In this document: positions 35,701-42,822 of the stretch, piece after piece | Layout: each line of letters opens with the position of its first letter | How positions within the stretch are numbered: the first letter of the stretch is position 1 | DNA from: Pirellula sp. | GTDB taxonomy: Bacteria; Planctomycetota; Planctomycetia; Pirellulales; PNKZ01 | Assembly (NCBI GenBank): GCA_013822735.1 | Contig: PNKZ01000025.1 | Coordinates: 15,407-79,406, forward strand | DNA: 64,000 bases | Direction: 5' to 3' | The notes under the pieces: generated by a model | What the model saw: the letters and a program-made list of their open reading frames with translations, nothing else | The model's database searches: none | What the model was told of the DNA's origin: nothing | Program-made: the position numbers and the translations under genes

Positions 35701-35941
35701 GGCCCTGGAGCTCGCGGCCGAGCGCATCTTGTGTCGATCGCTCCGGCCGGAAGAGACGAAAGTTTGGGACGCGGCGCTCGCCGATCTTCTCAGCTACTAC
35801 CACGGCCACGCGGAAGATGCGGCGGCCTTGATCAAAGTGGGTGAAAGCAAGCCCGACGCGAAGCTCGACCCGGCCCAACTCGCGGCTTGGACGAACCTTT
35901 GCAATGCGATGTTCAACTTGGACGAAGTGCTGAATAAGTAA
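32735..35941 (+). CDS. PSCyt1 + DUF1549 + LamG-like + DUF1553 (PSD1) protein
   Basis: ATG at 32735 (MTTSLLRYAALLSIFFVGTFAASDVAAA, signal peptide). Motifs: EACFHCHGPD heme motif, VFLDLTGLPPTPQEL, CAVCHDHKFDP. Central concanavalin/LamG-like insert (FSVALWVRP...WIHLAASYDG...LQFYVNGNLI...LRIGSR...VRVYERRLS). Confidence 0.9.
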   Translation: MTTSLLRYAALLSIFFVGTFAASDVAAADPVSFNRDIRPILAEACFHCHGPDPGSRKADLRLDREESLFAKDNPLVVRGKPEASELFKRVTSDDADLRMPPPDAHKQLKPEQRALLGRWIAEGAKWQPHWSFIAPERSAPPAVKQQAWVRNPIDRFLLARIEAAGLQPAAEAEPAALCRRVFLDLTGLPPTPQELELYLNDSGSDRYERLVERLLASPRYGEHRGRYWLDAARYADTHGLHFDNYREMWPYRDWVIAAFNRNQPFDQFTIEQFAGDLLENPTVEQRIATGFHRCNMTTNEGGTIADENLANYARDRVETTSWVWLGLTANCAVCHDHKFDPITTRDFYSMSAFFRNTTQGSHDGNIKDTKPVLFLPAAMDAPRYNALPGEIEAGRAAVGKRRGEALKFAEAWQAGVIPAAIDLAPTQLAAFAPLAKGELSVGKASLTASEPLGWRPDGKFGSAPVLPVDGVLDFGDVAPFAVDKPFSVALWVRPSAVLNEGTLAARSPLRGVGPGWDFSLFQGGKLSLSVSSAAPKNNIRIVTRAAVAKPGAWIHLAASYDGSGRVEGLQFYVNGNLIDANRSGTTLDRTVPPVKPGAKPDAKAVEKVVGALRIGSRASGGSPLTGGALQDVRVYERRLSANDMRTLAQLADVRAAAAMPPAKRNAKQKEQLTTFFLENLDPPYVAAVAHVAKLEEERKTIEARSTITHVQEEKMNTPAMANVLLRGQYDKLGDQVSPTVFAALSPLPAGAQQNRLGLAKWLVDPKNPLPARVTVNRFWQEVFGTGLVKTSDDFGIMGESPSHPELLDWLAVEFRESGWDVKHMFRVMVTSSAYRQTAATTPEKLAKDRDNRLLARGPRFRMDAEMIRDYALAMSGELSGRMGGPSVRPYQPEGIWDVVGLPGGNTREYKQDTGDNLYRRSMYTFLKRMAPPPNMETFNAPARELSCLRRDRTNTPLQALVTLNDPTFVEAARNTAQQVLRSAADEPARALELAAERILCRSLRPEETKVWDAALADLLSYYHGHAEDAAALIKVGESKPDAKLDPAQLAAWTNLCNAMFNLDEVLNK

Positions 35942-35949
35942 AACGGAAA

Positions 35950-36046
35950 CTGCAAATTGAGAATTGCAGATCGCAAATCGGAAATTGACTAGCGACGTTC
36001 CATCCTCATTTTGCAATTTGCATTTTTCGATTCTCAATTTGCAATC
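35950..36046. repeat. Inverted repeat of TGCAAATTGAGAAT words between the PSCyt gene and its DUF1501 partner
   Basis: TGCAAATTGAGAAT (within 35950-35987) has an exact reverse complement within 36008-36046 (ATTCTCAATTTGCA). The surrounding GCAAAT/ATTTGC words extend the imperfect pairing. Confidence 0.8.
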
Positions 36047-36060
36047 ATCCTTTCCGCCAA

Positions 36061-36106
36061 CCGCTTGCTGACCCCTCACCCCTCTCCCCTGACCCCTTCT
36101 TCCGCC
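36061..36106 (+). promoter_or_regulatory. C-rich leader with canonical (C4N3)3C4 tract abutting the start codon
   Basis: CCGCTTGCTGACCCCTCACCCCTCTCCCCTGACCCCTTCTTCCGCC-ATG. C4 runs at 36072-75, 36079-82, 36086-89 and 36093-96 with 3-nt loops. The complement is GGGGTCAGGGGAGAGGGGTGAGGGG. Confidence 0.7.
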
Positions 36107-37576
36107 ATGCATCCTCTCGACGAACTTCGCCAACTCGAAACCCGTCGCCAATTCTTTGCCCGCGGTAAGAGCGCCGTCGGCTTCGCCGCTCTGAGCTCGC
36201 TGCTCGGGCAGAGCGTCGGCCAAGCGCTCGGCGCAACGTCGTCGTCGCCTGCCGGCGTGAAACTTCCCGGCACGCACTTTCCGCCCAAGGCGAAGAACGT
36301 CATCTATCTGCACATGGTCGGCGGTCCTTCGCAGATGGACCTGTACGACTACAAGCCCGAGATGCAGAAGTGGTACGACAAGGACTTGCCCGAATCGATT
36401 CGCAAAGGGCAACGCCTGACGACGATGACCTCAGGTCAGGCCCGGTTTCCGATTGCGCCGTCGAAGTACAAGTTCAAGCAGCACGGCAAGAGCGGCATGT
36501 GGGTCAGCGAGATGCTGCCCGAAACGGCCAAGTGCGTCGATGACATGTGCTTCATTCGGTCGCTCAACACCGAGGCGATCAACCACGAGCCGGCCATTAC
36601 AGCCATGCAAACCGGCAGCCAAGTTTCCGGTCGCCCCTGCTTCGGCAGTTGGGCTTCCTATGGGCTCGGCTCGCTCAATGAAAACCTGCCGACGTTCGTC
36701 GTGCTCGTGGCCGTGCCGACGAATCGGGCCCAGGAGCAAGCGATCAGCGCGAAGCTCTGGTCGTCCGGATTTCTCCCGGGCCATCTGACCGGCGTATCGT
36801 TCCGCTCAAAAGGCGACCCGATCCTCTACATCAACAATCCGCCGGGCGTGCCCGACTCGGTACGCCGTCGCGTGCTCGACAACATCCGCACGCTCAACGA
36901 GCAAACGCTTAAGCAGGTCGGCGATCCGGAAACGCAAACGCGCATTCAGCAATATGAAATGGCGTTTCGCATGCAAGCGAGCGTGCCGGAGCTCACAAAC
37001 TTGGCCGATGAGACCGAAGGAACGTTCACGCTCTACGGTGAAGACGCGAAGAAGCCCGGCTCCTTGCCCAACAGCATGCTGATGGCGCGGCGCTTAGTCG
37101 AGCGCGGCGTGCGATTCGTGCAGATCTACCACAACAATTGGGATCATCACTCCGACGTCGCCGGTCGGATGCCCAACCAGTGCAAAGACCTCGACCGCGC
37201 GACATACGGCCTGATCAACGACCTGAAGCAGCGCGGCATGCTCGACGAAACACTCATTATCTGGGGCGGAGAATTTGGCCGCACCATTTATTCGCAAGGC
37301 GGGCTGACGAAGGAAAACTACGGCCGCGACCACCATCCGCGCTGCTTCACCATGTGGATGGCCGGCGGCGGCGTGAAGGGAGGGGTCGTCTACGGCGAAA
37401 CCGACGAGTTCAGCTACAACATCGTGAAAGACCCGGTGCACATCCGCGACTTCCACGCGACGACGTTGCAACTCCTCGGCTTCGACCACAACCGCTTCAC
37501 CTACAAACACCAAGGGCTCGACTTCAAGCTCACCGGCGTGGAGCCGGCCCGCGTGGTGAAGGAACTGTTGGCGTAA
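36107..37576 (+). CDS. DUF1501 domain protein, Tat signal
   Basis: ATG at 36107 (MHPLDELRQLETRRQFFARGKSAVGFAALSSLL); the ORF track starts at 36011. Motifs: MVGGPSQMDLYDYKP, WDHHSD, GEFGRT, GRDHH. Confidence 0.9.
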   Translation: MHPLDELRQLETRRQFFARGKSAVGFAALSSLLGQSVGQALGATSSSPAGVKLPGTHFPPKAKNVIYLHMVGGPSQMDLYDYKPEMQKWYDKDLPESIRKGQRLTTMTSGQARFPIAPSKYKFKQHGKSGMWVSEMLPETAKCVDDMCFIRSLNTEAINHEPAITAMQTGSQVSGRPCFGSWASYGLGSLNENLPTFVVLVAVPTNRAQEQAISAKLWSSGFLPGHLTGVSFRSKGDPILYINNPPGVPDSVRRRVLDNIRTLNEQTLKQVGDPETQTRIQQYEMAFRMQASVPELTNLADETEGTFTLYGEDAKKPGSLPNSMLMARRLVERGVRFVQIYHNNWDHHSDVAGRMPNQCKDLDRATYGLINDLKQRGMLDETLIIWGGEFGRTIYSQGGLTKENYGRDHHPRCFTMWMAGGGVKGGVVYGETDEFSYNIVKDPVHIRDFHATTLQLLGFDHNRFTYKHQGLDFKLTGVEPARVVKELLA

Positions 37577-37581
37577 AGCAA

Positions 37582-37650
37582 GACTGGAGACTGGAGACTA
37601 CGGACGGGAGCAGGCGACCCGGAGCGTTCGCGACCGGAGTCTGTCGTCTC
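37582..37650. repeat. GACTGGAGA-word spacer between convergent genes
   Basis: GACTGGAGACTGGAGACT at 37582-37599, the same word as at 7242-7270. Followed by CCGGAGTCTGTCGTCTC at 37634-37650. Confidence 0.65.
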
Positions 37651-37655
37651 GAATC

Positions 37656-39314
37656 TCATTTCTCCACTTTCGCCGCCGGTGCGTAGAGCAGCCAGGTCTT
37701 AAAACCGCCGGCGAGGTTGTGCACCCGGTAGCCGTTTTGCAGCAGGATCCGCGTCGCCAGATAGCCGCGTTGGCCCACTTGGCAGTAGACGGTCACGTTG
37801 CGGTCGCGGGGTATCTCCGCGAGTCGGTCACGGAGCTCGTCGACCGGAATGTTCACCGCGCCGGGTAATCTTCCGGCGGCAAATTCCGTCGGCGTGCGCA
37901 CGTCGACGAGTAGCGCGGCCGTGGGGTCGGCGAGCACCGCTTCCACGTCGGTTTGCGGATGATCGCCGCGCAGCAAACCGGCGGCGACGAAGCCGAGCAT
38001 GTTCACGGGATCTTTCGCCGACCCGAATTGCGGGGCGTACGCGAGTTCCATTTCTTCCAAGTCGTATACCGTGAGCCCGGCTTGCAAGGCGACGGCCAAG
38101 ACGTCGATGCGTTTGTCGACTCCCGCGCCGCCGACTCCTTGCGCGCCGAGCAACTTGCCGTCGGTCGGGTCGAAGAGCAGCTTGAGCGTCATTCCTTCGG
38201 CGCCGGGATAGTAACCCGCGTGATGCGCCGGATGGACGTATGCCTTCGCGTAGGCCCGACCCGCGCGACGGAGCGCCTTCTCGCTTTGGCCCGTCATGCC
38301 GGCGGCGAGCCCGAAGAGGCCGACGATCGCGGTACCTTGCGTGCCGCGATAGCGCACCGAGCGTCCGAAGATATGATCGGCCGCGAGCCGCCCTTGCCGA
38401 TTGGCGGGCCCGGCCAGCGGTACCTGCGTCGGCTGGTCGGTGACGAAGTCGCGAATCTCCACGACGTCGCCGACGGCGTAAATATCGGGATCGCTCGTTT
38501 GCATTTGCTGGTTGACGCGAATGCCGCCGCGCGGGCCGACGTCGAGCCCTGCGGCAACCGCCAGCCCGTTCTCCGGCCGCACGCCGACGCCGAGCACGAC
38601 CAATTGCGCGGCGAGCTTCCGGCCCGACTTCAGCCCGACCTGCAAGCCGTCGGCGCCGGCCGGCGCGAAACTTTCGGCCGAATCGCTCAGCAGCACTTCG
38701 ACCCCCTTCGCGCGCAGCCGCTCGAGAATCGGCGTGGTCATTTCCTTATCGAGCGGCGGCAGCACTTGGTCTTGTAGTTCGACGAGCGTCGTTTGCACGC
38801 CGCGGGCGACGAAGTTTTCGACGAGTTCCAAACCGATGAACCCGGCGCCGACGACGACCGCTTGCCGCGTTCCGCCGTCGAGCGCGGCTTTGATCCGATC
38901 CATGTCGCCGAGGTTGCGCAGCGTAAAGATGCCCGGCAGTTCCAAGCCGGTGATCGGCGGACGGATTGGCGAGGCGCCGGGCGAGAGAATGAGCTTGTCG
39001 TACGTTTCGTCGTAGGTCCGGCCGGTCGCCAGATCGCGGATGCGTACGCTCTTCGCGGCTCGATCGATCGCTTCGACGTCGGAGCGAACGCGGACGTCGA
39101 GCTTGAAGCGCTCGCGCATCCGCTCGGGCGTGACGATCAGAAGCTTGCTCCGCTCGGCGATGGTACCGCTCAGGTGATACGGCAGGCCGCAATTGGCGAA
39201 GGAGATGTCGGGCCCGCGCTCGACGAGCACGATCTCGGCTTCTTCGGAAAGCCTCCGAGCCCGCGCCGCCGCCGAGGCCCCGCCCGCCACGCCGCCGACG
39301 ATGATGATCTTCAT
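37656..39314 (-). CDS. CoA-disulfide reductase / NAD(P)H persulfide reductase with C-terminal rhodanese domain (CoADR-RHD)
   Basis: 552 aa. GGVAGGASAAARARR FAD-binding motif, redox Cys in SFANCGLPY, GAGFIGLE NAD-binding motif. C-terminal rhodanese active-site loop VYCQVGQRG. Confidence 0.9.
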   Translation of the reverse strand: MKIIIVGGVAGGASAAARARRLSEEAEIVLVERGPDISFANCGLPYHLSGTIAERSKLLIVTPERMRERFKLDVRVRSDVEAIDRAAKSVRIRDLATGRTYDETYDKLILSPGASPIRPPITGLELPGIFTLRNLGDMDRIKAALDGGTRQAVVVGAGFIGLELVENFVARGVQTTLVELQDQVLPPLDKEMTTPILERLRAKGVEVLLSDSAESFAPAGADGLQVGLKSGRKLAAQLVVLGVGVRPENGLAVAAGLDVGPRGGIRVNQQMQTSDPDIYAVGDVVEIRDFVTDQPTQVPLAGPANRQGRLAADHIFGRSVRYRGTQGTAIVGLFGLAAGMTGQSEKALRRAGRAYAKAYVHPAHHAGYYPGAEGMTLKLLFDPTDGKLLGAQGVGGAGVDKRIDVLAVALQAGLTVYDLEEMELAYAPQFGSAKDPVNMLGFVAAGLLRGDHPQTDVEAVLADPTAALLVDVRTPTEFAAGRLPGAVNIPVDELRDRLAEIPRDRNVTVYCQVGQRGYLATRILLQNGYRVHNLAGGFKTWLLYAPAAKVEK

Positions 39315-39334
39315 GGGAGTTTCCCTGGGTAGAA

Positions 39335-39374
39335 AGCCTGAAGACTTAAGACCGGAGACTTAAGTCTTCAGGCT
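39335..39374 (-). repeat. Perfect 16-bp-stem hairpin (AGCCTGAAGACTTAAG-N8-CTTAAGTCTTCAGGCT) inside the operon
   Basis: 39335-39350 is the exact reverse complement of 39359-39374. It lies in the 66-nt gap between the rhodanese stop (39381) and the CoADR start (39314). It contains GGAGACTTAAG, shared with 7260-7270. Confidence 0.85.
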
Positions 39375-39380
39375 TAGGTC

Positions 39381-39917
39381 TTAAGCCTTGCATTGGTTCC
39401 ACGGCATGCGCGCGAGCATCATGCCCATGCCGCAGGTGTCGGTAACGCCGGCGAAGACGAGCCCTGCCCCGACGAAGGCCGAGAGGCCGATGAAATAAGG
39501 GTGCACGAAGTAGCTGAGTATGACGCCGGCGAGCACGAGCGAACCCGCGGCGATGCGCACTTGCCGCTCGAGCGACATGACCTTCTTACCGCGCACGACC
39601 GGCAGGCCCGCCGCTTCGCAGGCGGACGTGCCCCCTTCGACATTGAAGACGTTCGCGATGCCGGCCGCGGCGAGTTTCTCAGCCGCCTGACGTCCGCGCC
39701 CGCCCGACTTGCAGATGACGTACACCGGCTTGCCCGCCGTTACCGCGGCGCTGTTCTTCACTGCGCTCGGATCAAGCCGATCGAGCGGCACGTTGCGAGC
39801 GACGTTCACATGCACCTCGCCGAACTCGGCGGGCGTACGCACGTCGAGCAGTTCGAGCGCTTCTCCGTTCTTGCAAAGCGCGGCCAATTCCAGCGGCGAG
39901 ATGGTAGCAGTAGACAT
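39381..39917 (-). CDS. Rhodanese domain + DUF2892 membrane anchor (YgaP-like thiosulfate sulfurtransferase)
   Basis: 178 aa. Active-site loop VICKSGGRG. The C-terminal hydrophobic hairpin ends in VTDTCGMGMMLARMPWN, typical of DUF2892. Confidence 0.85.
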   Translation of the reverse strand: MSTATISPLELAALCKNGEALELLDVRTPAEFGEVHVNVARNVPLDRLDPSAVKNSAAVTAGKPVYVICKSGGRGRQAAEKLAAAGIANVFNVEGGTSACEAAGLPVVRGKKVMSLERQVRIAAGSLVLAGVILSYFVHPYFIGLSAFVGAGLVFAGVTDTCGMGMMLARMPWNQCKA

Positions 39918-39944
39918 GACATACTCCGTTTCTAAGGTGTGATT

Positions 39945-40271
39945 CTATTTGCCGAAGCGTGCTTCGACGCATTCCATGATGTTCGCCAAGTGCGGCTCGG
40001 CGATGCGGTAGTAAACGCGTTGTCCTTCTTTGTCGCAGCCGAGCAGGCCGCAGCGTTGCATGAGGCGCAGATGTTCGGAAGCCATCGGGCTCGGGATGGT
40101 GCACGCCTCGGCCAGTTCGCCGACCGTGAACCGGCCGCGCAGCAACATCTGAATCATCCGCAGCCGGTGCGGATGGGCCAGCGTCTTCAAACACTCCGCC
40201 GCTTGAGCCAATGCTTCCAACGACAGCAGTTTGGCGACGCGCGGCGGCCTTTCTTTCTTTACGGCAGGCAT
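39945..40271 (-). CDS. ArsR/SmtB-family transcriptional repressor, BigR/SqrR-like (candidate persulfide sensor)
   Basis: 108 aa. Winged HTH (LAHPHRLRMIQMLLRGRFTVGELAEAC...SPMASEHLRLMQRCGLL). Cys in alpha-2 (AAECLKTLAHPHRL) and near the C-terminus (IMECVEARF), positions analogous to the BigR/SqrR sensing pair. Confidence 0.8.
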   Translation of the reverse strand: MPAVKKERPPRVAKLLSLEALAQAAECLKTLAHPHRLRMIQMLLRGRFTVGELAEACTIPSPMASEHLRLMQRCGLLGCDKEGQRVYYRIAEPHLANIMECVEARFGK

Positions 40272-40289
40272 CGTGGTCTCCTCTATTTC

Positions 40290-40317
40290 ATTATATCGGA
40301 ATATTCCGACATTTCAA
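40290..40317 (-). promoter_or_regulatory. Sigma-70-type promoter with a perfect 14-bp palindromic operator in the spacer
   Basis: The minus strand reads TTGAAA (40317-40312), a 16-nt spacer containing TCGGAATATTCCGA (40296-40309), TATAAT (40295-40290), then GAGGAG (40283-40278), 6 nt, and ATG (40271). Confidence 0.65.
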
Positions 40318-40367
40318 TAAGTCGCTTTACGATCGCTTTTGCGGCGGGAACGCCTGCCGTACGCGGA

Positions 40368-40973
40368 TTACGACGAGCGTCGAGGGAACACGCGCGGCAA
40401 AAAACGGCCGGTCGTGCGCATGTACTCGCGGTAGTCGTCGCCGAAGGCCGCGATCAGGCGCTCCTCTTCCTGGCGAGTGCGCAAGATCAGCATCGTGATG
40501 ACGCCGACCACGCAGGCTGCCGGCAACAGATTCGCCGAGGCCGCGGCGACCGAGGCCATCAGCAGGAATGCCGTCGTGTAGAACGGATGACGTACCCAAG
40601 CGTAGGGACCGGCGGTCACCAGCCGGGCATCGCGCCGCGTGACGACGGTATCGGTAAGGTTCTTGCCCAGGGCGACGAGCGAACGCACGAACCCGCCGGC
40701 CGACAACGCGGCAACCGCCACCGCGCACCAGCGGATGGCCCTGGGTATCGGTACCGCGGCCCAAGCGATGCTCTGCGGCGCGATCAGATATGCGAGCGTG
40801 CTCAACCATAAGGCGAGGCCGAACAGTCGCAGCACGAGCGCGAACATGCGTCCTTCTGCTTCGTGCGTGATTGTTTCGTCAGAACGAGCCTGAATGCGAA
40901 AATAGGCGCCTCCGAGGCCGGCGCCGAGCGTGACGACCAGCACCGCGATGCGAAACGACGTTTCTTCAGGCAT
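40368..40973 (-). CDS. Isoprenylcysteine carboxyl methyltransferase (ICMT)/phospholipid methyltransferase family membrane protein
   Basis: 201 aa with 4-5 TM helices. LVTAGPYAWVRHPFYTTAFLLM matches the GxYxxxRHPxY family motif. Confidence 0.7.
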   Translation of the reverse strand: MPEETSFRIAVLVVTLGAGLGGAYFRIQARSDETITHEAEGRMFALVLRLFGLALWLSTLAYLIAPQSIAWAAVPIPRAIRWCAVAVAALSAGGFVRSLVALGKNLTDTVVTRRDARLVTAGPYAWVRHPFYTTAFLLMASVAAASANLLPAACVVGVITMLILRTRQEEERLIAAFGDDYREYMRTTGRFLPRVFPRRSS

Positions 40974-41054
40974 GGCTTTCGCTTTGGGCGAACGTTATGA
41001 AGTAGGCTCACGTCGATCGACGCCGGTCGACCGAAATACGGAGGAGCGCTCGCT

Positions 41055-41372
41055 ATGGCATGGTGGATCTTAATCGTCGCCGGATTGCTGGAAACCGGCT
41101 GGGCCGTCGGCCTCAAGTATACCGAAGGTTTCACGCGGCTCGTGCCCAGCGTCTTGACCGGCCTCGCCATCGTGGCGAGCATGTACCTGCTTTCGGTGGC
41201 GGCCCGCACGTTGCCGATCGGCACCGCGTACGCCGTGTGGGTCGGCATCGGGGCGGCCGGCGCCGTCGTGCTCGGCATGGTGCTGTTCGGCGAATCGCGC
41301 AATCCGGCCCGGCTGTTCTTTCTGGGGCTGCTCTTGGTATCGATCGTCGGGCTGAAGTTTACGAGTGAATAA
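41055..41372 (+). CDS. sugE: SMR-family guanidinium/quaternary-ammonium exporter
   Basis: 105 aa with four TM helices. N-terminal MAWWILIVAGLLETGWAVGLKYTEGFT contains the conserved membrane Glu and is typical of SugE/Gdx. Confidence 0.9.
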   Translation: MAWWILIVAGLLETGWAVGLKYTEGFTRLVPSVLTGLAIVASMYLLSVAARTLPIGTAYAVWVGIGAAGAVVLGMVLFGESRNPARLFFLGLLLVSIVGLKFTSE

Positions 41373-41402
41373 ACGACTCGCAATTCAAGGGAACGAGCAA
41401 CG

Positions 41403-41801
41403 ATGCGAACTTTGACAACGACAATTCTCGCGACGGTCGTCGGCTTCGGCTTGGCCGCCCTAAACGCGACGGCGCGAGCCGAGGAGAAGCCCGGCATGGT
41501 TTTGAAGCATATCGTGATGTACAAATTCAAAGACGATCAGAAGCCGGAGCAGGTTCAAGAGGTCGTCGACACGTTCGCCGGCCTGCCGGGCAAGATCGAC
41601 GCGATCATCGGCTTCGAGCACGGCACGAACGTGAGCAAAGAAGGAAAGTCGGAAGGCTTCACGCACCTGTTCGCCGTCACCTTCCGCGATGAGGCCGGCT
41701 TGGCGGCGTACCTCGTGCACCCGGCGCACTTGCACTACGTGAGCGTCGTGAAAGATCGCCGCGAGAAGGTGATCGTGCTGGATTATTGGACAAAAGAATA
41801 A
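41403..41801 (+). CDS. Dabb (stress-responsive alpha/beta barrel) family protein with signal peptide
   Basis: 132 aa. LKHIVMYKFKDD...FEHGTNVS...FTHLFAVTFRDEAGLAAYLVHPAHLHYV fits the Dabb pattern. Confidence 0.8.
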   Translation: MRTLTTTILATVVGFGLAALNATARAEEKPGMVLKHIVMYKFKDDQKPEQVQEVVDTFAGLPGKIDAIIGFEHGTNVSKEGKSEGFTHLFAVTFRDEAGLAAYLVHPAHLHYVSVVKDRREKVIVLDYWTKE

Positions 41802-41819
41802 GCTGCAGTGTTGTGATCA

Positions 41820-42021
41820 AACCCTTCTCCCGCCGGGAGCTGAGTTTATTGCCTTCTCCCTCCGGGAGAAGGTGGCCGTGAGGCCGGATGAGGGCCGCTT
41901 GGCACTCCGTTTGGTAACGAACGCGCGCCGAGCGCCGCGCACGTCCGTCGACCTCCGCATCCAAACGAAGTGCCGCGCGACCCTCACCTGCCCTGCGGGC
42001 ATCCTCTCCCAGTGGGAGAGG
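41820..42021 (+). repeat. ~200-bp structured repeat, copy 1 (three GGGAG-stem hairpins around a ~100-nt core)
   Basis: Starts 19 nt after the Dabb stop. Hairpins are CTCCC-gcc-GGGAG, CCTTCTCCC-tcc-GGGAGAAGG and CCTCTCCC-agt-GGGAGAGG. Roughly 87 percent identical by eye to 42822..43023. Confidence 0.85.
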
Positions 42022-42057
42022 CGTTTTAATTTGCGTTCATCTCCAGGGCACACATTC

Positions 42058-42822
42058 ATGTACCGGCGACTTTGCATAACCCGCTACGTTACCTGCTTCG
42101 CTGTTGCTTGTATCATCGCGTCGTCGATTCACGCCGCCGACCCGGTCGTGCGCGTCGCCATCTATGCCGACGGCGGCATCTCGCCCAAAGGCCCGCCGAA
42201 TCTCGAACGCTGCCTCCCCGAGGGGAAAGGCTTTACGACCGAGCGGATCAAAGCGGCCGACATCCGTGCCGGGGCGCTGGAGAAGTTCGACGTCGTGATC
42301 TTCCCCGGCGGCAGCGGCTCGAAGCAGGCCGCGGCGCTGGAAGAGAGCGGCCGCGAACAAGTTAAGAAATTCGTCGAAGCAGGCCACGGCTACGTCGGCA
42401 TCTGCGCGGGCGCCTACCTCGCCAGCGCCGATTACACCTGGTCGCTCCATCTGCTCGACGCCAAGGTGCTCGACCGGAAGCATTGGGCCCGCGGCAACGG
42501 CGATGTGCAGCTTTCGCTCAGCCCGAGCGGTCAGGAGTTTCTGAAGGTCGGCGCGGAGCCGGTGACGGTGCGTTACGCGCAGGGTCCGCTCTTGGCGCCG
42601 GGCGACAAGCCGGAGATTCCCGATTACGAAACCCTCGCGACGTTCAAAACGGAAATCGCCGAGAACGGTGCGCCGAAGGGAGTGATGCTCGGCACGACCG
42701 CGGCGGCTCGCGGCACGTTCGGCCAAGGGCGCGTGTTCTGCTACAGCCCGCACCCCGAGGCGAAGGGCGACTTGGATCACTACATCCAAACGGCGGTACG
42801 CTGGGCCGCGACGGCAAAGTGA
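42058..42822 (+). CDS. Secreted class-I glutamine-amidotransferase-like (BPL_N/DJ-1-type fold) protein
   Basis: ATG at 42058 (MYRRLCITRYVTCFAVACIIASSIHA, signal peptide); the ORF track starts at 41872, inside the repeat. VVIFPGGSGSKQAAAL...FVEAGHGYVGICAGAYLAS matches the BPL_N/GATase1-like nucleophile-elbow region. Confidence 0.65.
   Translation: MYRRLCITRYVTCFAVACIIASSIHAADPVVRVAIYADGGISPKGPPNLERCLPEGKGFTTERIKAADIRAGALEKFDVVIFPGGSGSKQAAALEESGREQVKKFVEAGHGYVGICAGAYLASADYTWSLHLLDAKVLDRKHWARGNGDVQLSLSPSGQEFLKVGAEPVTVRYAQGPLLAPGDKPEIPDYETLATFKTEIAENGAPKGVMLGTTAAARGTFGQGRVFCYSPHPEAKGDLDHYIQTAVRWAATAK

Noticed and set aside
40974-41054. Possible guanidine riboswitch (ykkC, mini-ykkC or ykkC-III) in the 81-nt leader of sugE.
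   Set aside because: SugE/Gdx genes are often riboswitch-controlled, but I could not find the expected elements. The leader is too short for guanidine-I. There are no paired ACGR tetraloop hairpins for guanidine-II. CCGGTCGACCGAAATACGG only superficially resembles the guanidine-III core, and the required helix complementary to the 3' side is missing. What is present are two adjacent perfect palindromes, CGTCGATCGACG (41011-41022) and CGGTCGACCG (41024-41033), just before the GGAGG SD. These could be an operator or a small hairpin. An Infernal scan with RF00442/RF01068/RF01763 would settle it.
41817-42077. ORFs translated across the 200-bp repeats (41817..42077 minus, the N-terminal part of 41872..42822, and the C-terminal part of 42780..43412) giving similar peptides such as SHWERMP.GQVRVA.
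   Set aside because: The similarity is a by-product of the DNA repeat. The ORFs overlap real genes or their stops and lack start context, so they were treated as non-coding structured repeats.
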